Shown in pieces: positions 39,556 to 54,600 of a stretch of DNA of 64,000 nucleotides. How positions within the stretch are numbered: position 1 is the first letter of the stretch; every line of letters begins with the position of its first letter. The stretch is from an uncultured Chloroflexia bacterium. Its GTDB lineage: Bacteria; Chloroflexota; Limnocylindria; Limnocylindrales; CSP1-4. The translations under genes were made by a program, and so were the position numbers. The stretch lies in contig CAVXVP010000001.1 of assembly GCA_963765245.1 (NCBI GenBank), positions 577,025 through 641,024 on the forward strand, read 5' to 3'. The notes beneath the pieces are model-generated. The model worked only from the letters and a program-made list of their open reading frames with translations, was not told where the DNA came from and did not search any database.

Positions 39556-40460
39556 TCGCCTACGACGGCTCGGCCGGCGCCGAGCAGGCCCTCAGGCTTG
39601 CAGATTCCGTCGGCTGGCCAGCCGACTCGACGCTCCGGATCGCCGCGGTGATCGAACCCACGCTGCTCTTCGTCGGCGCTCCGATGGCAGGTGTGTACGA
39701 CATCCCGTCGCCCGAAGTCGACGCCCAGATCACGGCGTACCAGCAGGAGCAGGTCACGAAGGCGGCCCGGAGCCTCGGATCGGCGGACCGCACGGTGGAA
39801 GGCATCGTTCTGCGCGGCCGGCCGGCCACTGTGCTCATCGAGGAGGCGACGCGATTTGGCGCGGATCTGGTGATGGGCGGATCACGCGGTCACGGCACGA
39901 TCTCGAGCCTTCTCCTGGGATCGGTCTCGGCCGAGGTCGTTGATCACGCTCCCTGTCCCGTCCTCATTGCGCGGACCCCGTCCATCGATCGCATCATCTT
40001 CGCCACGGACGGCTCCGTTCCTTCTGCAGTTGCCGAGACCGTGCTATCGACCTGGCCGATCTTCGAGCGGCTGCCGATCCACGTCGTCAGCGTTGCCGAC
40101 GTGGTCGCGCCGTGGCACACCGGGATCGCGCCGACGATGTATCGCCAGGTGATCGAAGCACATGCACAAGACCTCGCCGAGGCGAAGGCCGAGCACACGC
40201 GCATCGCCGAAGAGACGACCACGCGGCTTCGGGCTGTCGGGCGGCAGGCTGAAGCGGCGATGCGGACCGGCGATGCGGCCGCGGCGATCATCGCCGCCGC
40301 CGCAGAGGTGGGCGCCGGTCTCGTGGTGATCGGCTCGCGTGGTCGAACCGGCCTTGCGAGCGCCGTCCTTGGCAGCGTGGCCCGGAATGTGCTCCATGGC
40401 AGCGCGGCTTCGGTCCTGGTGGTCCACGAACCCAAGGCAGCCGGCGCGGCACGGTCGTAG
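39543..40460 (+). CDS. Universal stress protein, tandem USP domains
   Basis: Intact ORF. It has two units, each ending in the G-x2-G-x9-G(S/T) ATP-binding pattern (GGSRGHGTISSLLLGSVSAEVV and GSRGRTGLASAVLGSVARNVL). Confidence 0.9.
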   Translation: MRILIAYDGSAGAEQALRLADSVGWPADSTLRIAAVIEPTLLFVGAPMAGVYDIPSPEVDAQITAYQQEQVTKAARSLGSADRTVEGIVLRGRPATVLIEEATRFGADLVMGGSRGHGTISSLLLGSVSAEVVDHAPCPVLIARTPSIDRIIFATDGSVPSAVAETVLSTWPIFERLPIHVVSVADVVAPWHTGIAPTMYRQVIEAHAQDLAEAKAEHTRIAEETTTRLRAVGRQAEAAMRTGDAAAAIIAAAAEVGAGLVVIGSRGRTGLASAVLGSVARNVLHGSAASVLVVHEPKAAGAARS

Positions 40461-40524
40461 CGACTCGGGGCGACTCGACGGGGGGCGATGACCAGAGGCG
40501 GACGAGCGACCCAGACGACGGTCG

Positions 40525-41536
40525 TCAGTCCGGGCTGTCGGCCCAGGAGTGGAGCGTCGTCATGTAGTTCGCGCGCTCGAACGCGGATGGGTCATCGACC
40601 GTTGCCGCGCTCGCACTGCCGCGCAGCTCTGACGACGGACCTGTACTCGTGCTCTTCCATCCATCCGCGAAGTTCCGCCTCGACCAGGGCGATGTGCTCG
40701 GGCCCGTGCCGCAGCAGAGCCGAGGTCATCATCACGACATCGGCACCGACCAGGAGGCCCTTGGCGATGTCGGCGCCGGAGTGGGCCCCGGACGTCGCCG
40801 CCAGCGAGGCGTCGGGATCGAGCTGCGGTCGGAGGATCGCGATCCACCGGACGGGGAGCCGCATCTCCCACGGCTGGCTGAGCTCCAGTCGTGGGACGAC
40901 CTCGATCGACTCGAGGTCGAGGTCGGGCTGGTAGAACCGGTTGAACAGCACGAGGCCGTCGGCCCCGGCGTCGCGAGCGGCTGCCGCGAAGTTCGCGAAG
41001 GCCGAGTAGAACGGACTCAGCTTCACCGCCAACGGGATCGTGATCGAGGCGCGCACGGCCGCGATGAGGTCGAGGTCCGACTTCTCCATGTCGGCCGCGG
41101 ACCGCCGCGGATCCGCCGAGACGTGGTACAGGTTGAGCTCGAGGGCGTCCGCCCCGGCATCCTCGAGACGTCGAGCAAGGCCGACCCAGCCGCCCACGGT
41201 GCTCCCGTTCAGACTGGCGATGACGGGGATCGTGACCGAGGCCTTGACCCGCTGGAGCGAGGTCACGTAGCGATCTGCGGTACCGGCGAACGACTGGATG
41301 GCAGGGAAGTAGTCGAGGGCCTCGGCGAAGACCCCGGCGCCCTGCTCGAGCGAGCCCGTCGAGGCCGATCTCCTCGGCAAGGATCTCCTCCTCGAACAAC
41401 GACGGCAGGACGATCGCGCCGACCCCTGCACGTTCCAGCCGCCGGGCCATCAAGGGGTCGTTGTTATGCGGTGCCGCAGAGGCGACGATCGGGGAGCGGA
41501 GCTCGAGACCGATGTAGCGGGTGCCCAAGTCGATCG

Positions 41537-41540
<4 letters not shown>
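40525..41540 (-). CDS. Dihydroorotate dehydrogenase-like (class 1 PyrD-fold, FMN-binding TIM barrel) protein; 2 frameshifts (near 41360 and 40640)
   Basis: The N-terminus is MTIDLGTRYIGLELRSPIVASAAP... (ORF 40560..41540). The core is in ORF 40592..41431 (IPVIASLNG...ADALELNLY...IPLAVKLSP...GADGLVLFNRF...). My translation of the third frame gives the C-terminus ELRGSASAATVDDPSAFERANYMTTLHSWADSPD, with its stop at 40525-40527. Confidence 0.8.
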
Positions 41541-45354
<3,814 letters not shown>

Positions 45355-45693
45355 TCAGCACGCTGTTTCGGTGAGGGTCAAAGCGGACCTCCAAAGTGAC
45401 GGACGGATTGGCAGCGGGGCGCTGCTCGTCCCGGTTGACGCCCGTTCATGCATCGACTCTGGAACGGCGACTCGCCCTAACACAGGGCCATAGGTCATGC
45501 GGAAGGACCGCCGAGGTCCCGAAACCGAGGTGCGACCCGGTGCCGGGCCACGGGGCATGTCGACCTGCGCTCACGATCGGGCCGTTGGGCGCGACTCGTT
45601 GGTGTCAGTCGGCACTCGTGTCAGCCGGCCCGACGACGTTTCACTTTGGGCAGACCGGTCGTCCGGCCACGCCTGCGCATGAGGAGAGATGTG

Positions 45694-46191
45694 ATGAAGG
45701 TCATCGTGGTCTACGAGTCGCACTACGGGAACACTGCCGCGGTCGCGAAGGCGATCGCCGAAGGCTTCGGGCCCGACGCCCAGGCGCTCACGACGGACGA
45801 GGCCGCACCGACGGTCGTCGCCGAAGCCGATCTCGTCGTCGCCGGCGCTCCGGTCATGGCCTTTGGCCTGCCGAGCGACAAGATGCTCGCGACGATGCCC
45901 GGCGACAAGAAGGCGCCGTCCCCGCCCGACCTGTCGCACCCCTCGATGCGTGCGTGGCTCGAGCGGCTGCCGGCCGGGCACGGCCACTCCGCCCAGTTCG
46001 AAACCGGGCTGCGCTGGTCACCGGGCGGCGCGACCGGAGCCATCACCGACAAGCTGGAGGAGGCCGGCTTCAAGCGACTCGCCAAGAGCCGCCGCTTCGT
46101 GGTCAAGGGCTCGTACGGCCCCCTTCGCGACGGCGAGCTGGAGCGTGCCCAGCAGTGGGGGAAGGAACTCGCCGCGGCGATGACCGCCTGA
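45694..46191 (+). CDS. Flavodoxin-family protein
   Basis: ATG 45694 (or GTG 45691) follows GAGGAGAG inside ORF 45646..46191. MKVIVVYESHYGNTAAVAKAIAEGF...ADLVVAGAPV is flavodoxin-like. It is divergent from PFOR. Confidence 0.8.
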   Translation: MKVIVVYESHYGNTAAVAKAIAEGFGPDAQALTTDEAAPTVVAEADLVVAGAPVMAFGLPSDKMLATMPGDKKAPSPPDLSHPSMRAWLERLPAGHGHSAQFETGLRWSPGGATGAITDKLEEAGFKRLAKSRRFVVKGSYGPLRDGELERAQQWGKELAAAMTA

Positions 46192-46199
46192 GGCGTTGA

Positions 46200-46415
46200 T
46201 CAGCGGATGGTCGGCTGGGGGCCGATCCTGAGATCCGCCAGGTTCATCGTGCAGACGACGCCCTGCAGCCGGCCCCCGCTCAATCCGCCGTAGGCGGGAC
46301 AGACCCAACAAAGCTCCAGATCGACGACGCCCTGCCGCGGGCACACGACCTCGCCGTCCTCGACGGCAAGGGTCCGATCCCGGCTGTGCTCTTTCACGAC
46401 GCGACGCAGTTCCAT
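46200..46415 (-). CDS. 71-aa Cys-containing small protein of unknown function
   Basis: ATG 46415 follows a strong GGAGGAGG RBS, inside ORF 46200..46550. The sequence is MELRRVVKEHSRDRTLAVEDGEVVCPRQGVVDLELCWVCPAYGGLSGGRLQGVVCTMNLADLRIGPQPTIR. Confidence 0.55.
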   Translation of the reverse strand: MELRRVVKEHSRDRTLAVEDGEVVCPRQGVVDLELCWVCPAYGGLSGGRLQGVVCTMNLADLRIGPQPTIR

Positions 46416-46612
46416 GATCTCGTGCCTCCTCCGCTCAAGCGTCGCGGGTCGAGGGCGAAGAGGCACGGGCCACTGGTCACGAATCCAGCGGTCGGCCGGC
46501 ACATCCGGCGCGATGGGTCGAGATGCACTCCAGGACGGGCCGCTCGGCACTGGTCCTGGGCGCCGGCCTGGCAGATGGTTTGTTTGGAACGGACCAGCTG
46601 GAGGGCAACGAC

Positions 46613-47090
46613 ATGAGTGCGATCACGGAAGGCCGACAGGCGGTTCGGACGTTCGTCGACCACGAACACCAAGAGTTGAAGACTGCCGTCGAGTGGATCC
46701 ATGAGGTGACCGACGGCATGTCACGCCTGCCGGTCGATCAGAGGTCCGAGAGCCTCCGGAGGGTGCTGCATTGGGTCGACGTGGACCTCAAACCCCACAT
46801 GGCCTGGGAGGAGTCGTGGCTCTTCCCGAATATCGACGATCGCGCGATGCCGCATTGGGCGACGGGGCTGGTTCGATTCGATCATCGGCAGATCGCGGCG
46901 CAAGCCGAACGACTCCGTGCGCATTGCGCCTACGGGGATCCGATCCCGTCGAGTGACGTCTCGAGCGCTCGTGGCCGACTTGGCTGGCTTCGAGGCTCTG
47001 ATCAGAGCCCACATCGAGCGTGAGGAGCGTTTCGTCATGCCGTTGCTCGAGCCGGAAGGGGACCGGTGGACGGCCGAATGGCGCGACTGA
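46613..47090 (+). CDS. Hemerythrin (HHE cation-binding) domain protein, frameshift near 46960
   Basis: ATG 46613 follows GGAGGG, inside ORF 46523..47023 (FVDHEHQELKTAVEWIHE...HMAWEESWLFPNI...FDHRQI). My translation of the next frame gives ALVADLAGFEALIRAHIEREERFVMPLLEPEGDRWTAEWRD, with its stop at 47088-47090. Confidence 0.75.
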
Positions 47091-47800
47091 GTCCCGGGGT
47101 CACGCGCCCGAAGGACGCGGATCCCGCGCTCGGGCTCACCGCCGCCGAACTGGCCGGCCAGGTCGACCATTGGGGCTTCGTTGCCCATCCGGATCTGCCC
47201 GATCGCCCCGGCCCGGCATTCCTGCTGGTGGCCTTGCGGCCGGCTCCGACGCTCCAGCACTACGATCCCGAGGCTGTCGACTACTGGGTGACCAAGGACG
47301 GGCGCGGCGAGCGACGGACTCTCACCCACGACAGTCACATGCCTCAGTCCGAGGACTATTCCTGGGGTCTGATCCGACTCGTCGACCGGCTCGGCGTCTC
47401 GAACGAGTACCTCACCTTCGGCGGGCACCTGGACGCCGCGCTGATCGACGACGTCGTGGTGGCCGCATTCGCGTCACAGGCACCCCAGCTGCGACGCGGC
47501 GGCCATTCCCAGGGGTGGGATGCCGGGGCCGACGCGATCGGAGCGTTCTTCGCACGGCTGATGGTCGCCGTCGACTTCAAACCCGGCTTCGAGCAGGCAT
47601 TCGCGACCGCCACGCCACTCACCCGTTACGCGGCGTTCGTGTGCGACGCCGACCGACGACGCCGTACCCCGGGACACTCGGCGTCGTTCGACGACGATCT
47701 CGGCCGCCTCGTGCGACACGAGGCCGACCGACTGCGAGCCTCGGCCCCGACCGAGTGGGACGCCGCGTGCGCATTCCTGGACGCCGCGGTCGTCGACTGA
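47078..47800 (+). CDS. Hypothetical protein (about 240 aa), no family recognised
   Basis: ORF 47066..47800 has coding-like composition (not Arg/Pro-skewed). ATG 47078 overlaps the hemerythrin stop by 13 nt. Confidence 0.55.
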   Translation: MARLSPGVTRPKDADPALGLTAAELAGQVDHWGFVAHPDLPDRPGPAFLLVALRPAPTLQHYDPEAVDYWVTKDGRGERRTLTHDSHMPQSEDYSWGLIRLVDRLGVSNEYLTFGGHLDAALIDDVVVAAFASQAPQLRRGGHSQGWDAGADAIGAFFARLMVAVDFKPGFEQAFATATPLTRYAAFVCDADRRRRTPGHSASFDDDLGRLVRHEADRLRASAPTEWDAACAFLDAAVVD

Positions 47801-47923
47801 CGTTCGGCACGGACGCGGGTCAGGCCGAACGGGCTGATCGGCACGCTGACCTGATGCTCCAGGGCACTGGCGCGTAGGACCGCGCGGGGCGACAATTCGA
47901 TCACGCAGTGAAAGGAGATCGAG

Positions 47924-48237
47924 ATGGATCTCGTCATCACCCTGGGACTTGGCGGTTGGGCGATCCTGATCGTCGGGTCTCTGATCTTCGGTGGAGTCGC
48001 ACAGTTCGTCGGTGAGACTCGCACCGGCTACGAATGGCTCGTCGACGCGATGGCCGCCGGGATCGGCGCACTCGTCGCCAGCGAGTTCATCGTCGCCTGG
48101 CAGCGATGGGCCCGGTCGTTGACGGGCTCGCGCTGGTGCCGGCCCTCGTGGGTGGCCTGGTGGTCGGACTCGCGGTGGAGATCGCGACCCGGTACTTCAC
48201 CGGTGGCCACTACACGCATGGGGCGATGTCCGCCTGA
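47924..48237 (+). CDS. GlsB/YeaQ/YmgE-family (transglycosylase-associated) stress membrane protein, frameshift near 48100
   Basis: ATG 47924 follows GAAAGGAG. MDLVITLGLGGWAILIVGSLIFGGVAQFVG...GIGALVASEFIVAW is in ORF 47924..48259. The protein continues GPVVDGLALVPALVGGLVVGLAVEIATRYFTGGHY in ORF 48034..48237. Confidence 0.75.
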
Positions 48238-48268
48238 GGTGTCCCGGGTGGGACGTTGAGGCGGACAC

Positions 48269-48301
48269 GGAGCCCGCCGACCGATCCGGTCGGCGGGCTC
48301 C
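48269..48301 (+). terminator. Strong GC hairpin (about 14-bp stem) downstream of the GlsB-like gene
   Basis: The stem is ggagcccgccgacc / ggtcggcgggctcc with a 4-5 nt loop, 32 nt after the stop at 48237. There is no U-tract, which is common for high-GC bacteria. Confidence 0.6.
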
Positions 48302-48413
48302 GTCACGTAGTCGACGGCCGACGTCGAAAGGTCCGAGTGTCCCGTGCGTACCCTGCCAACGGCACATGCCAGAGGCGGACACGCGATCCACCATCAGAGC
48401 AAAGGAGTCTCTG

Positions 48414-49409
48414 ATGAAGGCACTGCTCGCGATCGACGGCTCTTCCGAATCGGCCCTTGCCCTCGAGACATCGGCCACCTTGACGTGGCCGACCGGCGCG
48501 CGGCTGGAGGTCCTGACGGTTCTCCCGACCGAGGCCGAGTGGTACGGCGGCCCGTGGGACGCCGGCGTCGCCTACGTTCCCAGCGATGACCTCCAGCGAC
48601 CGCCTGCGGATCGACCGCGAAGCCCTGCTCGAGCGGGCCGTCGCACGCCTGCGACGTCCCGGCATCGGGGTCTGCGGCCCGGCTGGTCGACGGGACGCGC
48701 GGCATCGGTCATCGTCGATGTGGCCGAGGAGATCGGCGCTGACCTCGTGATCCTCGGCGCGCGTGGCCACGGCGCGATCGAACAGGCGTTTCTCGGGTCG
48801 GTATCCGCCGAGGTCGTCGACCAGACGCATTGCTCAGTCCTCGTCGCGAGGACGCCATCCGCTCGTCGGATCCTGATCGGCACGGATGGCTCTGACGTCG
48901 CCATGTCGGCGATCGCCTTCGTCGGCGGGTCGCGGCTGTTCGAGGCATCAGACGGCGCGGGTCATCTACGCGGTCGATGTGGATCCGTCTGGTGGATGGG
49001 CTTTACGCCCGGAGACGCCGCGTTCGCGGTCGATCCATACGTGTCGGTCGTCGACGAGGGTCGCGTCCACGGCGACGAGGTGACATCGGCCGCAGCAACG
49101 CTGCTCCGTTCGGACGGTCTCGATGCGAGCACGGTCGTCCACGAGGGACCGGCTGCCGCCGCGATCGTTCAGGAAGCCAGGACGTGGAACGCCGACCTCG
49201 TCGTCGTGGGGACGCGCGGGAACGGGCTCATGAAGCGATTGCTCCTCGGAAGCACGGCTCGGTCCGTCCTGCATCACGCCGCGGCGTCAGTGCTCATCGC
49301 GCGGCGGGCCGTGAAGGCGGTGCCCCATACCGAGGACGCGTCTTCTGAGCCGATGGAGTGCCGTTCATGTATAGGCCACGCCGCGTCGTGGGGAGGAATC
49401 AGGTCATGA
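48414..49409 (+). CDS. Universal stress protein, tandem USP domains, several clustered frameshifts (48590-48700 and 48950-49050)
   Basis: ATG 48414 follows AAAGGAG inside ORF 48366..49409. Recognisable segments are MKALLAIDGSSES..., ...VDVAEEIGADLVILGARGHGAIEQAFLGSVSAEVV... and ...ADLVVVGTRGNGLMKRLLLGSTARSVLHHAAASVLIAR. Segments such as DRLRIDREALLERAVARLRRPGIGV and RVIYAVDVDPS read correctly only in other frames. Confidence 0.8.
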   Translation: MKALLAIDGSSESALALETSATLTWPTGARLEVLTVLPTEAEWYGGPWDAGVAYVPSDDLQRPPADRPRSPARAGRRTPATSRHRGLRPGWSTGRAASVIVDVAEEIGADLVILGARGHGAIEQAFLGSVSAEVVDQTHCSVLVARTPSARRILIGTDGSDVAMSAIAFVGGSRLFEASDGAGHLRGRCGSVWWMGFTPGDAAFAVDPYVSVVDEGRVHGDEVTSAAATLLRSDGLDASTVVHEGPAAAAIVQEARTWNADLVVVGTRGNGLMKRLLLGSTARSVLHHAAASVLIARRAVKAVPHTEDASSEPMECRSCIGHAASWGGIRS

Positions 49410-49528
49410 AGTTCGTCGTCCCGATCGCGTTGTCCCTGCTGGCGACGCTCCTCGCCGTCGTCGTCACCCGATTGGTCGCTCGGTCCCGCACTCCCTTCGA
49501 CCTCGACGATTTCCCCGGCATCGCCTGA
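49406..49528 (+). CDS. 40-aa membrane peptide ([40 protein letters not shown]), translationally coupled to the USP gene
   Basis: ATG 49406 overlaps the USP stop (ATGA) and follows GGGGAGGA. The peptide has one hydrophobic helix. It is too short for the ORF track. Confidence 0.5.
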   Translation: MKFVVPIALSLLATLLAVVVTRLVARSRTPFDLDDFPGIA

Positions 49529-49670
49529 TCGGTGCGACGGGCCTCCTGGCCCCCGAGGCGATGACATCCGGCGCTACCGCGCCTCGCGCATGGACGGTTC
49601 CATTAGGTCAGCCAGCTCACGGCGTAGCCGGCCCATCCGCCTCGCCGAGACGCCCACAGGAGGTCCCGTC

Positions 49671-50691
49671 ATGTCCACCCGCGTCGCCATCAATGGCTTC
49701 GGTCGCGTCGGCCGCCAGTCGCTCAAGGCCCTCATCGAGCGAGCGCCCGACGTGGAGGTCGTGGCGATCAACGACCTGGTCCCGGTCGAGCTCGATGCCA
49801 TCCTGTTCAAGCGCGACTCGACGTACGGGACGTACCCGGGCGTCGTGGAGCACACGGCCGACTCGCTGATCGTCGACGGCCGCTCCATCAGGGTGTTCCA
49901 GGAGAAGGACCCGGCCGCTCTGCCGTGGCGCGAGCTCGGCGTCGACATCGTCGTCGAGTCGACCGGTCGCTTCACCGACGCCGAGAAGGCCAGGGTGCAT
50001 CTCGCGGCCGGCGCCCAGAAGGTGATCATCAGCGCCCCGGCCAAGGGCGAAGACATCACGATCGTTCTCGGGGTCAACGAGGATCGTTACGACCCGGCGA
50101 CCCACCACATCATCAGCAACGCCTCGTGCACGACGAACTGTCTCGCGCCGGCCGCCAAGGTCGTCCATGACCTGGTCGGGATCGAGAAAGGGCTGATGAA
50201 CACGATCCACAGCTACACCAACGACCAGAACGTCCTCGACGTCGCGCACAAGGATCCGCGCCGCGCACGCAGCGCCGGGCCAGAACATCATCCCGACGAC
50301 GACCGGCGCGGCCAAGGCGCTGGCCCTGGTCATCCCGGAGCTCAAGGGCCGCTTCGACGGCTTCAGCCTGCGCGTCCCGACGCCGACGGTCAGCGTCGTC
50401 GACTTCACCGCGACGGTCGCGCGCGACACGACGGTCGAGGAGCTCAACGACGCCTTCCGCGAGGCAGCGGCGGGCCCGATGAAGGGCATCCTCGGCGTGT
50501 CCGACGAGCCGCTCGTGTCGATGGACTTCAAGGGCGATTCGCGCTCCGCGATCATCGACGCGCCGTCGACCATGGTCCTCGGCGGGAACATGGTCAAGGT
50601 CATCGCCTGGTACGACAACGAGTGGGGCTACAGCTGCCGTATCGCCGACCTCGTCGCGTACGTCGCAGCGCGACTGCCTGTCGTCGCGTGA
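49671..50691 (+). CDS. gap: Glyceraldehyde-3-phosphate dehydrogenase (type I), 1-nt insertion near 50280
   Basis: ATG 49671 follows CAGGAGG, inside ORF 49590..50699 ([23 protein letters not shown]). The protein continues [40 protein letters not shown]...WYDNEWGYS, ending with ORF 50479..50691. Confidence 0.93.
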
Positions 50692-50868
50692 CCGCCTGAA
50701 GCGAGATCTGGTCCGGGTACGTCCATCGGAAAGATGGGTCGTGGTGCCCGACGAGGAGAGGCCGGAAGGCACTGGCTCTTCGTGTCTGACGGATGGACCC
50801 TTCTCTCAGGAGCACCGTGCAGATCGACGATGTTCGGCAGGGTGTTTCAGCGAAAGGAGCGGATCGCC

Positions 50869-51272
50869 ATGAAGAACATCCTGGTCGCCTATGACGGAGG
50901 AGAGCCAGCACTATCGGGCACTCGAAACGGGGATCGAGTTGTCAAAGAGGTTCGATGCATCCCTCGCCGTCGTGAGCGTTGTGCCGCTCCATCCGGGACG
51001 CAGCCCGATCGCTCCATGGGACGACAAGCCCGACGCACGACCAGCAGCTCGCGGAAGCCCGCGAGATCCTGGCCCGCGAAGGCCTCGTCGCAGAGATGAT
51101 CGAACCGGCAGGGGACATCGCAACCGAGATCGAGCGAGTGGCTGAAATGGGTCGGTTCGACACCATCGTCATCGGCTCGCGCGGCCTTGGCGCCGTCTCG
51201 CGATTCCTGCAGGGCAGCGTCTCCGACCACGTGGCAACGCACGCAAACGCGACCGTCGTGGTCGCCCGCTAA
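50869..51272 (+). CDS. Universal stress protein (single domain), 2 frameshifts (near 50905 and 51030)
   Basis: ATG 50869 follows GAAAGGAG. MKNILVAYDGGEPA is in ORF 50734..51099, RALETGIELSKRFDASLAVVSVVP is in ORF 50891..51145, and ...FDTIVIGSRGLGAVSRFLQGSVSDHVATHANATVVVAR is in ORF 50979..51272. Confidence 0.82.
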
Positions 51273-51352
51273 GACCTCCCGCCGACCGGTCCCAGAACCA
51301 TCCCGAGGATTACCATTCAGTCCTGCCGGGGCATCAGGTGAGGAGGACCGAA

Positions 51353-51601
51353 ATGGCGAAGTTCATGGACGTGCATCACGGGATGCATGGCATCACGCCC
51401 GAAGCACTCAAGGCCGCCCATCAGGCCGACCTTGATATCCAGGGCGAGGAGGACGTCGACTTCCAGCGAGCGTGGGGCGATCCCGAGTCAGGGATGGTCT
51501 GGTGCGTCTCGGAAGCCCCGAATGCCGACGCCGTGCGACGCATCCACGAACGAACGGGCCATCCGGCGACCGAGGTCTACCCGATCCCGGTCGAGGTCTG
51601 A
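51353..51601 (+). CDS. DUF4242 (SCO4226-like, nickel-binding fold) small protein
   Basis: ATG 51353 follows GGTGAGGAGG inside ORF 51338..51601. The sequence is MAKFMDVHHGMHGITPEALKAAHQADLDIQGEEDVDFQRAWGDPESGMVWCVSEAPNADAVRRIHERTGHPATEVYPI. Confidence 0.75.
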   Translation: MAKFMDVHHGMHGITPEALKAAHQADLDIQGEEDVDFQRAWGDPESGMVWCVSEAPNADAVRRIHERTGHPATEVYPIPVEV

Positions 51602-51677
51602 CCGGGCGCACCTGATCCGCACCTCAGCGGCGGGCGTCCTCGGGCTCGAGGAGCCCGTCGCTTCCTTTGTCGCCAGA

Positions 51678-54600
51678 TCAGAGCCGCCACGCGATCGGGG
51701 CCCGAGGATCGGGCGTGTACGAGCAGAACGTCCCGGTCCTGATCGTCGCTTCGAGATGTGCGCCGAGTTCTGGGTTCTGTGCGGCGATCCGTGCCAATGT
51801 CGACCGGATCGCCCGGGTCACGCTGACCCTCGCTCGTTCGGCGGACGACGCTGCCGGCCGATCGCGGCCACCCAATTCCCATCGCGGCGGCCAGCTCGTG
51901 CGTCAAGGCTCCCGACTCGGCCTGGAGGCGGGCGACGCGCTCCGGATCGTTCCAGGCTTCTGCCTCGGCTAATTCCTCACGTAGATCGTCGAGACGTGTC
52001 CGATAGGCGGCCTTCGCCTCGGCATCCAGGGTCGGGCCAGCACTGCCGAGTCGACTGACGACGAGGGCCGGATCTGCGGCCAGTCTGCTGGTGGCATTCA
52101 CGCCCGCGGTGGGTGACGCGGACCCAGCAAGCTCGAGCGAATGGATCTCGCGACCCGGTGCGGCGAGCAGGCGAGCCAGGTGATGCAAGCCTTTGGCGTC
52201 GCGCACGCGGGAGGCGTCGCCTTCGTATTCGATCGTCCAGTAGTCGCCCTCCCGCCGGAACGTCCCGGGACCAGGAGGCATGACAGTGCCAGGCCGATGC
52301 TCGCGATCCTCGGCCGCCGAGCCGGCGAGTCCCACGATCTGCGTCGCCAGGACCATCCCGAGCGCCTCCGACGTCGCGAGCGCAGATCGATCGAGCTCCT
52401 CGGCCTGCGCAAGATCTGTGACCTCGCCTCGTCGCCTCAGTACTTCCGCCAGGTCATGCTGAGCGTGGGCCGTCCACGGTCGCGCGCCCATCGTCTCGAG
52501 CGTCGCGATCGCCGCCACGAGGTGACGCTCGGCGTCGTCGACATTGCCCATCGTCGCTGCCAGCAGGCCGAGATAGCGATCAACGGTGCCGACACTTCCT
52601 TCCGAGTGACCGGTCGCATGTCGTCCCGCGAATGGGTGGAGCTGCCCGTACAAGACGCGCGCGGCCGCGACATCGCCAAGGCGTGCACTGGCCTCACTCG
52701 CCATGCACATCCCGAGTAGCCACTCGTTGTCCCGGTAGATCGCCTCGAAGTCGCCCACGGCAAGGTCATCGAACGCCGACTCGAGCCTCTGCGGGCGGCC
52801 GAGATCGATGAGCAGGCAAACGAGCGCCGCCCGATGCATGGGGTACCAAGGAAAGTCTCGTGCGGACTCTCGAACGCTCGCCTCTTCTTCGGCGAGTCGG
52901 CCCTGTTCCCGCCGCAGGAGAAACCGGTGCATGCGCGCTGCCGAAACGTCGTCCTTGCCCGCGGTCACCCGGTAGCCCGTGGCCAGCTGCCGCGAGATGA
53001 GCTGCTTCGGCGAGGCCGTAGTCGCCCTCGATCAGCGCAAGCTACGGATCGATTGACGGGCTCGAGCCACATCTGGGCCGGCTGACGGAGCTGCTTCGAC
53101 CGCACGACTGAGGGTGACTGCCTCCTGGCGCGCCTCGGTCATCTGGCCGAGTTCGATCAGACTCAGGAAGCGCATGAGGTGCGCCTCGATGATGCGTTCG
53201 CCATCTCCCACAGCCTGAGCGATGACCATCATTTCGCGCTCGATCTGTTGACGTTCCTCCGGGTTCTCGGGCCACCAGGTCGCCCAAAAACGTCCAGCGA
53301 GCGCGTAGCTCAGCGTTGCTGGCTCGCCAAGACGCCGTGGCGATGTCGATGGCCTCCTGGCTCAGGGCCGCGCTGTCGTCGCGACGCTTCGGATCGGAGC
53401 GCCACGCGCACGCGAGCCGGGTGAGAAGGCGGACACGAAGCCCGTCATCCTGCGCTGCCGAGCTCTTCGAGAGCGTCCTGGAGGAGTGGCACGAGGATCG
53501 TGTCGTGACCCGCCCGGGCCCATTGGTGCCTGCCACCGAATCCGAGGGCAGCCCGTGCCAGGAGACGCCCCGAGCCCAGGTGACGGGCCAGGCCGGCCGC
53601 CTGCAGAAACGTTTCCCGTGCATCGTCGAGCTCTCCTGCCCGGGCCTGGGCTTCGCCGAGCCCAAAGAGGGTCTCCACGCGGGTCTGGTCGTCGTGCATG
53701 TCGTCCATGTCCAGCACGGCCAGGGCCATGCGATACAGGCGCGCGGCTTCCTCGTAGGCGAGGGATCGCGCTGCCGCATCCCCGGCCCGACGGGCATAGT
53801 CGATCGCCTTGGGACCAGCCGGCGCCGCCTCGGGCTCGCCCGACCGGGCAGTACGAGCCTGGGCCGCTTGGACGAAGTGATACGCGAGCTCGGCAAGATG
53901 TGCTTCGGTCGACGACCCGTACACCTGTTCCAGCACGTCGGCGATGCGGCGGTGGAGCCTCACTCGACGGCCCACGGACAGCTCGTCGTGAAGCGTCTCG
54001 CGCACGAGGTCATGCGAAAACCGGTAGCGGCCGAGGATGCCCGCGACGGGCATGAGCAGCCCGGCCTGGACTGCCTCGTCGACCGCGTCGAGGGCGTCGT
54101 CGCCGTCGAGATCGCCGATCCGACGCAGGACGTCGATGCTGAACTCCGGACCGATGGCTGCGCCGAGGACGAGCGCTCGTGCGGTTTCCTTGCCGAGGTG
54201 GCCGATCCTTCGCGCGATCACCGCCCGGACCCCGGTCGGGACGGCAACGCGTAGCGAGGTCAGGTCACCGACGTCCAACAGACGACCCTCGGCCGACAGC
54301 AATCGCACCGCCTCGCCGACGAACAATGGGTTCCCACTCGTCTCGCGCCAGACGGCGGCCACGAGACGATCGTGCGGGTCGATGTTCGCGGTCGCTCCGA
54401 TGAACTTCCCGACTGCGTCTGCCGGAAGACCGCCAAGGGTGATCAGCCGCGTGGCTCGTTCTCGTGCCATTTCCGAGATCGCGGCGGTCAACGGGTGGTC
54501 AGGCGTCAGCTCGACATCTCGGTATGTCCCGACGACGAGGATCGCGCTGTCGCTGATCTGGCTGACAAGGAATCGAAGCAGCAGGATCGAAGGCGTGTCG

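Noticed and set aside
48310-48345. An RNase P-like GAAAGGTCCG string (cgtcgaaaggtccgagtgtcccg).
   Set aside because: It matches only part of the P4 consensus (GAGGAAAGUCCGGGC). No surrounding RNase P architecture is present, and it lies in the USP promoter region.
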